From Spirochaetia bacterium (GTDB lineage: Bacteria > Spirochaetota > Spirochaetia > SZUA-6 > Bin103), in the NCBI GenBank assembly GCA_965208575.1, contig CBDBOV010000004.1, positions 576,001 to 640,000 of the forward strand: a DNA stretch of 64,000 bases, written 5' to 3'. Below the pieces are notes generated by a model that did not search any database, had not been told where the DNA came from, and was given only the letters and a program-made list of their open reading frames with translations. How positions within the stretch are numbered: position 1 is the stretch's first letter; each line of letters starts with the position of its first letter. The position numbers and the translations under genes are program-made. Of the stretch, positions 27,937 to 37,690 are shown in pieces.

Positions 27937-28872
27937 TCACGGCACGTGCAGCCGGCACAGCACCAGGTTGTCCTGGTCCAGGTTGTGCGACCAGATGAAG
28001 TCGGCGCGCCGAAAGTGGCGTCGATAGTCCCGGTACGCACGCTGGTTGGTCACGGCGCGCGGCGGGAAGGTGGATGCCTGGTGCCACTCCGAGTCGTCGT
28101 ACTCCGGCGAGGCCCAGTCGTCGGGCACCGGGAAGTGCAGCGCCCGGCACGAAGCCGGGTCCCGCTCCACGCAGGGCGGCCGCTCGGGACAGGCCGACGA
28201 GTCGGGGCCCGGGCCGACGCAGGACCGGTCCTCAAGAGGACTGATGTAGTAGGCGCGGCACTTCCAATCCGCGCCGGTCCCGGTGCCGTCGCTGAACCGC
28301 GCAATGAAGCCTCCATCACCCACGTTCCAGCGGTCGTACTCCATGCCGACCCCGAGGTGCGTGCCCCAGTCCACCAGCTTGACGGCGTAGGTCAACGGCT
28401 GCCTGGCCCTGAAGCGGACGACCCCCGAGTTGAAGGGCACAAAGCCCACAGGGTCCCGGGCGACGATGGTTCCGTTGACGTAGAGCTCGTAGTAGTTGTC
28501 GCCGAACAGGTACCCGGTGACCTCCTCCCCGTCGGCATCGATCACGACAGTCTCGAGGTCGTCGAGATGCGCCGGGTTGTGGCCGGGACCGGTGCAACTG
28601 TTGTACAGGTCGGTCGGATCCGGCCCGTCCGCCGGCACCACGGGCACCTGCAGGTGGGTTCCGTCCGGCGTCGTCACGATCCCGCAGCGCGCCTCGATGA
28701 AGCGGCGCGCGCTCCCGGTGCAGGCCGTGGCAAGGTTCCCGCACGAGAAGGTCTCGGTCGCCAACCCCTGGGTGACAATCCCCCCGTCGGGAGACTCCTG
28801 AGCGAACACGGCGCCCGCCAACATGAGTGCGGCGAGTATGCAGGCACCAGACCGGCGTGGGTTCACATTCAC
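27937..28872 (-). CDS. Secreted Cys-rich protein of unknown function, copy 2
   Basis: 311 aa, only a handful of substitutions versus 18863-19798. Confidence 0.75.
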   Translation of the reverse strand: MNVNPRRSGACILAALMLAGAVFAQESPDGGIVTQGLATETFSCGNLATACTGSARRFIEARCGIVTTPDGTHLQVPVVPADGPDPTDLYNSCTGPGHNPAHLDDLETVVIDADGEEVTGYLFGDNYYELYVNGTIVARDPVGFVPFNSGVVRFRARQPLTYAVKLVDWGTHLGVGMEYDRWNVGDGGFIARFSDGTGTGADWKCRAYYISPLEDRSCVGPGPDSSACPERPPCVERDPASCRALHFPVPDDWASPEYDDSEWHQASTFPPRAVTNQRAYRDYRRHFRRADFIWSHNLDQDNLVLCRLHVP

Positions 28873-28960
28873 GGCGCGGAAAGGTAGGCGGAAGCGGGAG
28901 GCTAGTCAATAGCTGACCGATTGACTTTCGTAGTGCTCTGTGCTTCAATGTGCGGGTTGG

Positions 28961-29028
28961 ATGCAACCATATCAACTGACCGTTCGTGCCCAAGCGGCAA
29001 AGGCGATCCGCAAGATGCCGAGGGCTGA
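28961..29028 (+). pseudogene. 5' stub of relE toxin
   Basis: Matches 19887-19954 then homology stops abruptly. Confidence 0.85.
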
Positions 29029-29134
29029 ACAGGTTACTCGGCGCTGAGTCGAACTGCCGCTCGGATTGCGCCGGCGGTTCCACCCAGGACTAGATGCGCC
29101 CGCACGCGCACGCCGCAGTCTTCATCGAGCCTCA

Positions 29135-29293
29135 TCCCAGCCCCTGTACACCGCGTTCTCACCGGCACGCGTCTGCGTCAACCCTCGTTTCCGCTGCCAC
29201 GGCCACCCGCTCGCCGTCGTGCTAACCAGTCACGACCCCGCTGCAGCTCCCGGTGCTTTACGCTCGTTCGGTTCTCGATTACTCTTCCTATCA
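29135..29293. repeat. ~160-bp dispersed repeat, copy 1 (copy 2 at 37525-37690)
   Basis: Shared blocks such as CGCTCGTTCGGTTCTCGATTACTCTTCC and CAGTCACGACCCC. Confidence 0.8.
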
Positions 29294-30219
29294 TTACGTG
29301 GCGCCGTCGCACCCAGACGCCCCCCACCACCCCTGAGCCGCGGGTCGAGCAGGTCGCGCACCGCGTCGCCGAACATGTTCAAACAGTAAACGACAATGGT
29401 CAGGCAAACACCAGGCCAGATCGCCAGCCAGGGGGCCACCTCCATGTATTTGCGCCCTTCCCTGCTGAGCATACCTCCCCAGCTGGGAATCTGGACCGGC
29501 AGTCCGAATCCCAGGAAGCTCAGAGAGGCCTCGGAAATAATCACCCCCCCGATGTTGATGCTGAAGATGATGATGACAGTCGCCATAATATTGGGTAGCA
29601 CATGGCGCAACAGGATTTGGGGCGTGGGGGTGCCAACCGCCCTGGCTGCCAGGAAATAGTCATTGTCTTTAACACCGATAACGGCGCTTCTGACTATTCT
29701 CGATGCGGCGATACCTCCGAGGATCCCCAGGACCACGATGATCTGCGGCAAACCCCGCCCCACGATAGACATGACGGTCAACAAGATGAGCAGTCCCGGG
29801 AAGGCCATCCAGGTATCGACAAACCGCTGCACCACCAGGTCCAGTTTGCCGCCAATAAACCCTGAAATGCCGCCTATCAAGACAGCAACGACGACAATGA
29901 GCATAGTCGCTGACAGACCGACGACCAACGATAGACGAGCCCCGACGATAAGGCGGCTCAATAGGTCTCGCCCCAACTGGTCGGTCCCCAGGAGATACCG
30001 GGCTGATGGGCCAGTCAGCTTGTCTGCCAAGTGTCGCTCACTATATACGTAGGGTGATAGAACGTCTCCAAAGATAGCGACAATGATCAAGATCAAGATG
30101 ATCATCCCGCTGACAGCACCTAGTGGCTTCTCTTTGACCATCCTGATAAAGAAATCGGCCACCCCGCTACCTCTCATTGGCTCGATTGCTGGTGATGGCA
30201 TCCCGGTGGCGTCACTCAT
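29230..30219 (-). CDS. DppC-like ABC permease, operon 2 (AT-richer)
   Basis: LGTDQLGRD, EASLSFLGFG, NMFGDAVRDLLDPR. Confidence 0.93.
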   Translation of the reverse strand: MSDATGMPSPAIEPMRGSGVADFFIRMVKEKPLGAVSGMIILILIIVAIFGDVLSPYVYSERHLADKLTGPSARYLLGTDQLGRDLLSRLIVGARLSLVVGLSATMLIVVVAVLIGGISGFIGGKLDLVVQRFVDTWMAFPGLLILLTVMSIVGRGLPQIIVVLGILGGIAASRIVRSAVIGVKDNDYFLAARAVGTPTPQILLRHVLPNIMATVIIIFSINIGGVIISEASLSFLGFGLPVQIPSWGGMLSREGRKYMEVAPWLAIWPGVCLTIVVYCLNMFGDAVRDLLDPRLRGGGGRLGATAPRNDRKSNREPNERKAPGAAAGS

Positions 30220-31180
30220 ATCGGACCCTGGGGTCCAGGTACGGATAAATCAGATCGATAAGCAGATTGGCGCCTACAACCATGGTGGCGAAAACCAGAT
30301 TCACTCCAGAGACCACCGGGTAGTCTCGTTCCTCGAGTGCACTCACCATAAGACGACCTAACCCCGGCAGAACGAAAATTTGCTCCAAGATAACCGAGCC
30401 ACCTATCAGGAGGGGGAGCTGCAGGCCTACGAGCGTGACTACCGGGATGAGGGCATTCTTGACGGCGTGTCGGATCACCACAGCCCGCTCCCTGAGCCCC
30501 TTGGACCAGGCCGTCCTGATATAGTCCTGCCGGAGCACCTCCAGCATCATGGTGCGGGTCATGCGCATTGTGCTTGCAGCCAGGGCCGTACCCAGAATCA
30601 GGCTGGGAATGAGGAACATTCCGAGATTCCCCAGCGGGTCTTCGCTGAACGTGATCAGCCGCATCGGCGGCGACCAGCCCCACCAGATCGCCGGGAAAAT
30701 CATGACCATGGTTCCCAGCCAGAAGTTGGGCGTGGCCAGGCCGATGATGGCAATAGAGCGCCCCGCGTAGTCAGCGGCAGTATCCTGGCGAATCGCCGAG
30801 TAGATGCCGACCGGCAGGGCTATCAAGAGCCCGATGACGATCGCCATGAGGCCAAGCTCGATAGTCACTGGCAATCTTTCAAGTATCTGGTCCTCTACCG
30901 AAAAGGTGCCAAACAGTGATTCGCCGAGGGTGCCGCGGAAAAGAATGCCGCTCATCCAGCGTCCATACTGCACCCACACAGGTACGTCTAATCCAAGTGC
31001 ACGCATGAGAGCTTCACGGTCTATCTCGAGTGTAGAACCAGGGGCCTGGACTTCCATCCGAGCTTCTATCATGTCTATTACGTCGCCCGGAAGGAACCGG
31101 ACCAAGAGAAAAACGAAGATGGTCAGCAAGAACAAGGTGGGGACTATGAGCAATAGCCGCCTGACCACATAGGCTCTCAT
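30212..31180 (-). CDS. DppB-like ABC permease, operon 2 (AT-richer)
   Basis: QDYIRTAWSKG, RHAVKNALIP, RDYPVV. Confidence 0.93.
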   Translation of the reverse strand: MRAYVVRRLLLIVPTLFLLTIFVFLLVRFLPGDVIDMIEARMEVQAPGSTLEIDREALMRALGLDVPVWVQYGRWMSGILFRGTLGESLFGTFSVEDQILERLPVTIELGLMAIVIGLLIALPVGIYSAIRQDTAADYAGRSIAIIGLATPNFWLGTMVMIFPAIWWGWSPPMRLITFSEDPLGNLGMFLIPSLILGTALAASTMRMTRTMMLEVLRQDYIRTAWSKGLRERAVVIRHAVKNALIPVVTLVGLQLPLLIGGSVILEQIFVLPGLGRLMVSALEERDYPVVSGVNLVFATMVVGANLLIDLIYPYLDPRVRYE

Positions 31181-31251
31181 GAGCTACACCTCATTGTCGT
31201 CATCGCCGCCCGTCTCTTGTCATCGCGACACCCGATAGCCCAAAATAAGTG

Positions 31252-31286
31252 AGGGAGCTGGGAAGCCTGTGCCTCCGCAGCTCCCT
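31252..31286 (-). terminator. Stem-loop between SBP and permease
   Basis: AGGGAGCTG...CAGCTCCCT. Confidence 0.55.
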
Positions 31287-31319
31287 TTTCCATGAGATCA
31301 GCTACAAAGGGTCAAACGC

Positions 31320-33119
31320 CTAATAGCCCATGGCTCTCTTCAGTTCACTATCAATCCAGAGGCGGGAGAAGACCACCATGTTTTGCATTCCTCCAAAGCC
31401 GCCTTCGCCGTTATAGCCGATCACCCACGGCCAGTGAACGCTAAAGGCTGGCGCCAAAGGCCCCCAGATAGCCCAGAACTGCTCTATAATGCGCCAGTCC
31501 ATCTGTCTAAACAGCGCCTTCTGTTCCTCGATGGTGGTAGCCACTTGGGCGGCCTCATACAGGGCGTCATATTCCGGGTCCGAGACTCCAGTGTTTCCGG
31601 GATTGCCGCTCCAATAAAGATGCATATTGATGCTTGGATCAGCCTTGATGCCCAGGACCTGAGGCCCAATCTCCCAGTCGCCAGCACGTCTTCTCGCGTT
31701 AGATTCTGCCATGCTAGGCGTCTCAATGTCCACGACAACGCCAATGTCACGCCAGTACTCTGCGACTAATTCTGCCCAGCTCACCTCAATCTGCGGAAAG
31801 TGCATGTACGTGGTCTTGAATCTCATGCCGTCCGCGCCACGGGGAAGCCCAGCCTCATCAAGCAGCTTCTCTGCCCCCGCCGGATCATACCTGTGGTATC
31901 GCTTGATTTCTTCCGGCCACTCTTCAAATGGGACGTGATAGCCCTTGAATTCCAGGGCGACTATGCCCCGAGGAATCGTATCTGCAGCACCCTTGTAGAA
32001 GGCATCGTTCATTGTTTCGAGGTCCAGGGCCATCTGCATCGCCTGGCGCACCCTGATGTCGTCAAAGGGCGGCTTGTTGGTGTTCATGGCAAAGCTGGCA
32101 TTCGACCGTTCTGACCACGTGTGGAAAACGAGCTCGGGGTTGGTCTCCCTGAGGCGATCCGCCGTCTCTATCTCGTTCAATTGGGTGGCGCCCGGCCAAC
32201 CTATGAAATCGATCTTAGCAGTGCGCAGCCCGGCCAGAAAGGTGGCCTCTTCAGGGATAACAAGACCCACTACCTCGTCAATATAGGGCAGGCGGTTCTC
32301 CGGGTATTTTTCGTCGAAGCCCCAGTAGTTGGGATTCTTGGTCCAGGTTATGGAGCTGCCCTTGGTAAAGTCAGTTATCGTATAGGGCCCGGTGCCGACA
32401 ATATTCCTCCAATCCTGCATGTCCCCGTATTGCTCGATTACCTCGGGCGGCTGTATAACAGCATTCCAGTCGTCCAAAATAAGATTCAGCGCGCGGAGCT
32501 TCGGCTCCTTCAGCTTCATCACAACCGTATACTTGTCGGTGGCCTCTACCGATTCGAACGGAAAAGCTTTGAGGGTACCCGATGGGGAAGGGTCGGCTTC
32601 ACTGAACTGGGTCCCGGTCAATTTATTTCCCAACAGGCGGTGAAAGCTATGTTCGACATCGTCGGCCGTCAGCTCGCGCCCGTTCATCGGCGCTTTGTCG
32701 TGCCAGTGAACCCCCTGGCGGATGTGGAAGATGTAGGTAGTGGCGTCGGGCTGTTCCCAGCTTTCAGCCAGCGCCCCCCTCAGGGCGTAGAGCGGCGCGA
32801 CATAGCCGGTGAGAAAGGGATATGTGTCCCTATCTATTGCCCAATCCGCCATGGCCAGTTTCTCTACAACGCCACTGGTCATGCCTAACGCTCGGAAGCC
32901 AAACCAGACATCGCCAGGCTCGAGGTTGAATTTGATGGCGTGGGTCAAAGTCCCGCCATACTCTGGCGCGCTCACCACGTTGCCGGTGGTCGGGTCGGTC
33001 ACCATCGGCTTGTCGGCAGCCGCAGCCGCTTCCTCGCCGGCGGGCGCCGCCCACGCGGCGGTTGCGGCCAAGACGAACCCGATCAGTGCCGCAACCCATA
33101 GTCTACAATTTCGTATCAT
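31320..33119 (-). CDS. Family-5 ABC solute-binding protein, operon 2
   Basis: Signal peptide MIRNCRLW.., PEYGGTL, LAESWEQPD, VGTGPY, PPFDDIRVRQAM. Confidence 0.92.
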   Translation of the reverse strand: MIRNCRLWVAALIGFVLAATAAWAAPAGEEAAAAADKPMVTDPTTGNVVSAPEYGGTLTHAIKFNLEPGDVWFGFRALGMTSGVVEKLAMADWAIDRDTYPFLTGYVAPLYALRGALAESWEQPDATTYIFHIRQGVHWHDKAPMNGRELTADDVEHSFHRLLGNKLTGTQFSEADPSPSGTLKAFPFESVEATDKYTVVMKLKEPKLRALNLILDDWNAVIQPPEVIEQYGDMQDWRNIVGTGPYTITDFTKGSSITWTKNPNYWGFDEKYPENRLPYIDEVVGLVIPEEATFLAGLRTAKIDFIGWPGATQLNEIETADRLRETNPELVFHTWSERSNASFAMNTNKPPFDDIRVRQAMQMALDLETMNDAFYKGAADTIPRGIVALEFKGYHVPFEEWPEEIKRYHRYDPAGAEKLLDEAGLPRGADGMRFKTTYMHFPQIEVSWAELVAEYWRDIGVVVDIETPSMAESNARRRAGDWEIGPQVLGIKADPSINMHLYWSGNPGNTGVSDPEYDALYEAAQVATTIEEQKALFRQMDWRIIEQFWAIWGPLAPAFSVHWPWVIGYNGEGGFGGMQNMVVFSRLWIDSELKRAMGY

Positions 33120-33614
33120 GAGGTTTCCTCCAACCTTCGTTTCTTCGAGAGTGCTGAATTCAGTTGCCGGCCCGCGCCGACTCTCGCGGTATGCCTGCGA
33201 TTCGCAGGGACCGAACAGCGCGGGCGGCACCCTCGACCACGAGCAGTGCCTGGGGTGCCGGCGGGTGGACTGCGGGCGAGCGGCCCGTTGCCGGGAGTTC
33301 CCGCCTGGTGAGGTGACCGGCCGACGACGAATCGGCCGCGAGGCAGCGCCGCGGTCAGCGGACCGCGCAGGCTGCGCAGAAGGTAGCGGTCGCGACCGGC
33401 TAACTCGTTAGTGTTTCTGAGGTTGTATGGAAATGGGCCCCGGTGGGGGGGCAGAGGGCGTCGAGCAGCGGAACGGCGGTAGAGCGCACCGGTTGCGCTA
33501 TCTGCAACCGGCGGCGGCGCTGGGTACTGTCGTCACGCGTCATTCGCATCCGTTCCACCCGCAGCCCGCAGCCATCATTGCACACGCACGGCACACCGTC
33601 AAATGGCCGCGGGG
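33120..33614 (-). promoter_or_regulatory. Conserved promoter plus structured 5' leader, copy 2
   Basis: TTGACG(33602-33597)-N17-AATGAT; near-identical to the other two copies. Confidence 0.8.
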
Positions 33615-33693
33615 CGCCGGCACTGCGTGCGTACACTTTCCCATGACCGAGGTTTGACGACGGCCACAACTGTCACTACACTGCCGTAGTTAC

Positions 33694-33745
33694 ATGGAGG
33701 GTACCGAGGCAGGAAAGGAGGGCGTATGAAGAAGGCAACCAGTGA
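33694..33745 (+). pseudogene. Internally deleted brnT toxin remnant
   Basis: TTGACG-N17-TACACT promoter, ATG, then tail RQERRAYEEGNQ-stop overlapping the brnA start, as BrnT C-termini do. Confidence 0.6.
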
Positions 33746-34019
33746 CCGGTTGACCGGGGATCAGAAGGCGGAAATCATGGCTTTGGAGGATTCTCCGGAC
33801 GAGCAGATCGATACGACCGACATTCCTGAAGTCCTCGACTGGTCGGAGGCGAAACGAGGCGTGTTCTTCCGTCCCATGAAGCAGCAGATCACACTCCGGT
33901 TGGATGCAGATGTGGTGGCCTGGTTCAAGCAGCGGTCTCGCGGTGGCCGTGGTTATCAAACCGACATCAACCGTGCACTGCGAGAGCATGTCCAACGAAT
34001 CGAAGGCAGTACCAAGTAG
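33726..34019 (+). CDS. brnA: BrnA antitoxin
   Basis: DEQIDTTDIPE, RPMKQQITLRLDADVVAWFK, GYQTDINRALREH. Confidence 0.9.
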   Translation: MKKATSDRLTGDQKAEIMALEDSPDEQIDTTDIPEVLDWSEAKRGVFFRPMKQQITLRLDADVVAWFKQRSRGGRGYQTDINRALREHVQRIEGSTK

Positions 34020-34034
34020 TCTCCGAGCGAATAG

Positions 34035-35816
34035 ATGCGGCGCCCCACCCCAAACAACAGCGCGCCAAGCGGCCGCGACGCCGACGCCGACTTCATCGTC
34101 GTCGGTGCCGGTGCGGCCGGTGGCGTGATGGCGGCACGGCTCTCCGAGGGCCGCGCGAAGCGAGTGCTGCTGCTCAAGGCAGGACACGACTACGACAGGG
34201 CCGGAAGCAACGAAGGTCTCCCGGACACGATTCGCTACGGCTACGGGAATCGGGACAACGGTGGCCCGGCAGAGGTCCGAGGGCATCACTGGTATCCAGA
34301 TTCCGACAACCCCCTATCCAAAGACGAGGCGTTCGCGCTGCGGGGCGGCCTCTACGGCTACACGCGCGCGGGCGATGGACGGCGCGCCGTCGACCTGCCG
34401 CGCGGGCGTGTGGTCGGGGGGACGACCTCGGTAAACAGCCAGATGTGGGTCCGTGGCACGACCGAGGACTTCGAGCACTGGAGCGGGACGCTCGGCTGCG
34501 CGACATGGTCGTTCGAAAACGTGCTGCCGTTCTTCAACGCCGTCGAGTCGGACGTCGACTATGGGGCCGAAGACTTCCACGGAGACCGCGGCCCGGTCCC
34601 TGTCCGGCGCCACCTGCGCTCGGAGTGGCGGGCGGCCGACGTCGCCTGGCACGACGCCTGCGTGGCGGCCGGATTCGACAGCTGCGCGGACGTCAACGAG
34701 CCCGGGACTGCGGGCGGTGTTGGGTCGCTGGCGCTGAACAACGTGAACCGCGTGCGGCAGAGCTCGGCGCTCACTTTTCTCGCCCAGGCGCGGGGCCGCC
34801 CGAACCTGGTCATCCGCGGTAATTCCGAGGTCCGGCTTGTTCTCTTCGATGACGACCGCGGCACGCCTCGGGCAGTCGGCGTGGAGCTGACGGACGGGAC
34901 GGTTCTGCGTGCCCGAACCGAGGTGATCCTGTGCGGTGGGGCGATCGGTTCGCCGCACCTGCTCCTGCGCTCCGGCGTGGGTCCCGCGGAGGAGCTCGAG
35001 GCGGCGGGGGTCGCCACGATTGTGGATCTCCCCGGTGTCGGCCGGAACCTGCGCGACCACGTGGCGCTTCCGTTGACGTTCCGAATGAAGGAAGGCATCG
35101 CCTCGAACAACGTCGACGGCTCCGCGCACCCCATGCCGATGTACCTTCGGTACACCGCAGACGCGCTCGACGGGATGGCGCCCATGAGGAACGACATGCT
35201 GTTTTTCCTGGGACCGCGGCAGAGCCAGGTGGGCGAGGTCGAGCGCTTGGCCGGGCACAACTCTTCCGGCCACCGCGTTTTCGTCATCATTCCGACCCTC
35301 ATGCTCGAGCTCAGCGCGGGCACGCTGAAGATGCCGGCCGCCTTCGCAGACGGCGCACCAGACATGGAGGCCATGCCCGTGATCGAGATGGGCTGGTTGG
35401 AGCATCCTGCCGATCGCATACGCCTTCGCGAGGGGCTGCGCCTGGCGCTGCGGCTCGCCGCCTCCACGGAGATGGCGACCGTCCTCGAAGGTCCGATCGT
35501 GCCGGCCGAGGACGAGGTGACGGCCGAGTCGTCCGACGCCGCCCTCGACGACTGGGTCGAGCGGCACGTCATTACGTCGCACCACCAGAGCAGCTCGTGT
35601 CGAATGGGCGATCCCGCCGACCCGACGGCCGTGTGCGACGAAGACGGGAACGTGCTCGGGACGAAGGGCCTGCGCGTGGTGGACGCGAGCCTGATGCCGG
35701 ATTGCCCGCGGGCAAACACGCAGGCGACGACCTACATGATGGCTGAGCGTATCGCGGGCATCGTCAACCACGGCTCGTTGGCGGCGGCGCTCCGGGCGGC
35801 GGTCGAGGGAGAGTGA
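34035..35816 (+). CDS. GMC family oxidoreductase (choline dehydrogenase-like)
   Basis: DFIVVGAGAAG, PRGRVVGGTTSVN, GAIGSPHLLLRSGVG, GLRVVDASLMP..ANT. Confidence 0.9.
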   Translation: MRRPTPNNSAPSGRDADADFIVVGAGAAGGVMAARLSEGRAKRVLLLKAGHDYDRAGSNEGLPDTIRYGYGNRDNGGPAEVRGHHWYPDSDNPLSKDEAFALRGGLYGYTRAGDGRRAVDLPRGRVVGGTTSVNSQMWVRGTTEDFEHWSGTLGCATWSFENVLPFFNAVESDVDYGAEDFHGDRGPVPVRRHLRSEWRAADVAWHDACVAAGFDSCADVNEPGTAGGVGSLALNNVNRVRQSSALTFLAQARGRPNLVIRGNSEVRLVLFDDDRGTPRAVGVELTDGTVLRARTEVILCGGAIGSPHLLLRSGVGPAEELEAAGVATIVDLPGVGRNLRDHVALPLTFRMKEGIASNNVDGSAHPMPMYLRYTADALDGMAPMRNDMLFFLGPRQSQVGEVERLAGHNSSGHRVFVIIPTLMLELSAGTLKMPAAFADGAPDMEAMPVIEMGWLEHPADRIRLREGLRLALRLAASTEMATVLEGPIVPAEDEVTAESSDAALDDWVERHVITSHHQSSSCRMGDPADPTAVCDEDGNVLGTKGLRVVDASLMPDCPRANTQATTYMMAERIAGIVNHGSLAAALRAAVEGE

Positions 35817-35915
35817 CCTACGCGCGCCATGGCGCGGGCCCAAGGACACAAGACGCAAGGGTCAAGATGCAGAGCACGTCTCCATCGGCATCCGGGGGCG
35901 GCTGTGCCATTTGAC

Positions 35916-35990
35916 TCACCAAACCGTATCCAGCCATCCGAGATCGCGCATCAGCTTATCCTTGGTTACCAGTGGCGCGTCGTAGGAGAT
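35916..35990 (-). pseudogene. 3' shard of a PIN/VapC toxin
   Basis: DAPLVTKDKLMRDLGWLDTVW-stop is a typical VapC C-terminus; no N-terminal part present. Confidence 0.6.
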
Positions 35991-36010
35991 GGAGGTCGTG
36001 GCATCACGGG

Positions 36011-37498
36011 ATGAAGCCATCGTCCCGACACGCGGCGGAGCGCCAGCTCGTCGAGGAGATCGAGGCGCGCTCCGAAGCCTTCGAGAACCTGCAGGTACTC
36101 GCCGACGATATCGGCACGCGGCAGCCGGGCACCGCGAACGAGGTGCGGGCCCGTGACTTTCTGTGCGACACCCTGAAGCGCTATGGACTTCATCAGGTCC
36201 GGGCGGAACCGTTCCAACACCGGGCATGGACGCCGGTCCGGGAGGAGCTGACGCTCTGCGCCCCCGTGGACCGGACGATTCAGTGCCGCTGCGCCGTGCT
36301 GTCGCCGTCCACGCCCCCCGACGGTCAGGTGGGTGAGGCCGTCATCCTCGAGCGCGGCGACCCCGCCGACTTCGAGCAGCACCGGGAGCAGATCCGTGGC
36401 CGGTTCGTCGTGTCGCTTTACGACTCGACGTACGTGGACGGAGTTGCGCACAGCATCCCACGCCAAATGAAGACCGAGCTTGCGGCGCGATACGGGGCGC
36501 TGGGTTTCATCGGCTGGCACCACAGCCCCGGACAGCACCTGCCCGCGGGAACGTGCGCGTTCGGGCGCGTCGGCGGCGTACCGGTGGCATCGATCACCTA
36601 CGAAGACGGCGCATGGCTTCAGCGTGTCGCACGGCGCAGGGGGGCGCTGCGGTTTCGCCTGCTGCTGGACAGCCGGATCGAACGTAAGGACTCCTGGAAC
36701 GTCGTCGGAGAAGTGACCGCCCGGGGCGAAGGGGCGGAAGCGACCGGCAACGAGCACCTCGTCATCGGCGCGCACTACGACTGTCATCACGTTGCTTCGG
36801 GCGCCATCGACAATGCGGCGGGGGTAGCGACCGTGCTCGAGGCCGCGCGGGGGCTGAGCACGTTCGCATCGCATCTTCGACGCGACGTCAAGATCGTCCT
36901 GTTCGGCGTGGAGGAGGCCGGTCTCGTCGGCTCCATGGCCTATGTGCATCGCCACGAGCGGGAGCTGGGCGACCTCGTGCTGATGATCAACAACGACTGT
37001 CTCGGAGGTCGACCGTCCGGCATCGAAATACAGGGTCGCGACGAACTTCGCGGAACCATGGAGCAGGTCGCGGAGAGCGTCCGGATCGGTGGCGAACCTC
37101 CGCCTCCTTTCCGCGTCACGACCGCCCATCCCGGCTGGTGGGGCCTGGACAGCACACCGTTCGGATTCAAGGGCGTCCCGACGGTCCACCTGACGTCGAC
37201 CGAGGCGAAGACCGGGGACTTCGCTTCCTATCACCTCGACACCGATCACATCGACAAGGTGTGCATCCCGGGCCTCACGGAGGCGGCGGCGGTCAACGCG
37301 CGGATCGCCCTCCACGTCGCCAACCTGACCGAGCGCCCGGCGGCTCGCATCGACCGATCGCACGTAGAAGAGATCCTTCACCGATACGACCGGGAGCCGC
37401 CGTTCTACACGATCATCTCGTTGCGCGAATCCCTCGAACTGCTGGATCTCTGGCCGATCGATCATGCGATCGAACGCTACTTTTCCCGCGAAGACTGA
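36011..37498 (+). CDS. M28 family metallopeptidase with PA domain
   Basis: GAHYD, GAIDNAAGVA, GVEEAGLVGS, YHLDTD. Confidence 0.9.
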   Translation: MKPSSRHAAERQLVEEIEARSEAFENLQVLADDIGTRQPGTANEVRARDFLCDTLKRYGLHQVRAEPFQHRAWTPVREELTLCAPVDRTIQCRCAVLSPSTPPDGQVGEAVILERGDPADFEQHREQIRGRFVVSLYDSTYVDGVAHSIPRQMKTELAARYGALGFIGWHHSPGQHLPAGTCAFGRVGGVPVASITYEDGAWLQRVARRRGALRFRLLLDSRIERKDSWNVVGEVTARGEGAEATGNEHLVIGAHYDCHHVASGAIDNAAGVATVLEAARGLSTFASHLRRDVKIVLFGVEEAGLVGSMAYVHRHERELGDLVLMINNDCLGGRPSGIEIQGRDELRGTMEQVAESVRIGGEPPPPFRVTTAHPGWWGLDSTPFGFKGVPTVHLTSTEAKTGDFASYHLDTDHIDKVCIPGLTEAAAVNARIALHVANLTERPAARIDRSHVEEILHRYDREPPFYTIISLRESLELLDLWPIDHAIERYFSRED

Positions 37499-37524
37499 CT
37501 GGACGACTGGGGTTCAACCCGAGT

Positions 37525-37690
37525 CAGCCCCCTTATCCGCTGCATTCTCGCCACACGCGCCTGCGACAGCCCTCGTTACACCTGCCACAGCCACCCGCTC
37601 GCTCGCCCTCGTGCTGATCAGTCACGACCCCCGCTGCACCTCGCGGGTGCTTTTGCGCTCGTTCGGTTCTCGATTACTCTTCCACTATCA
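37525..37690. repeat. ~160-bp dispersed repeat, copy 2
   Basis: Homologous to 29135-29293. Confidence 0.8.
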
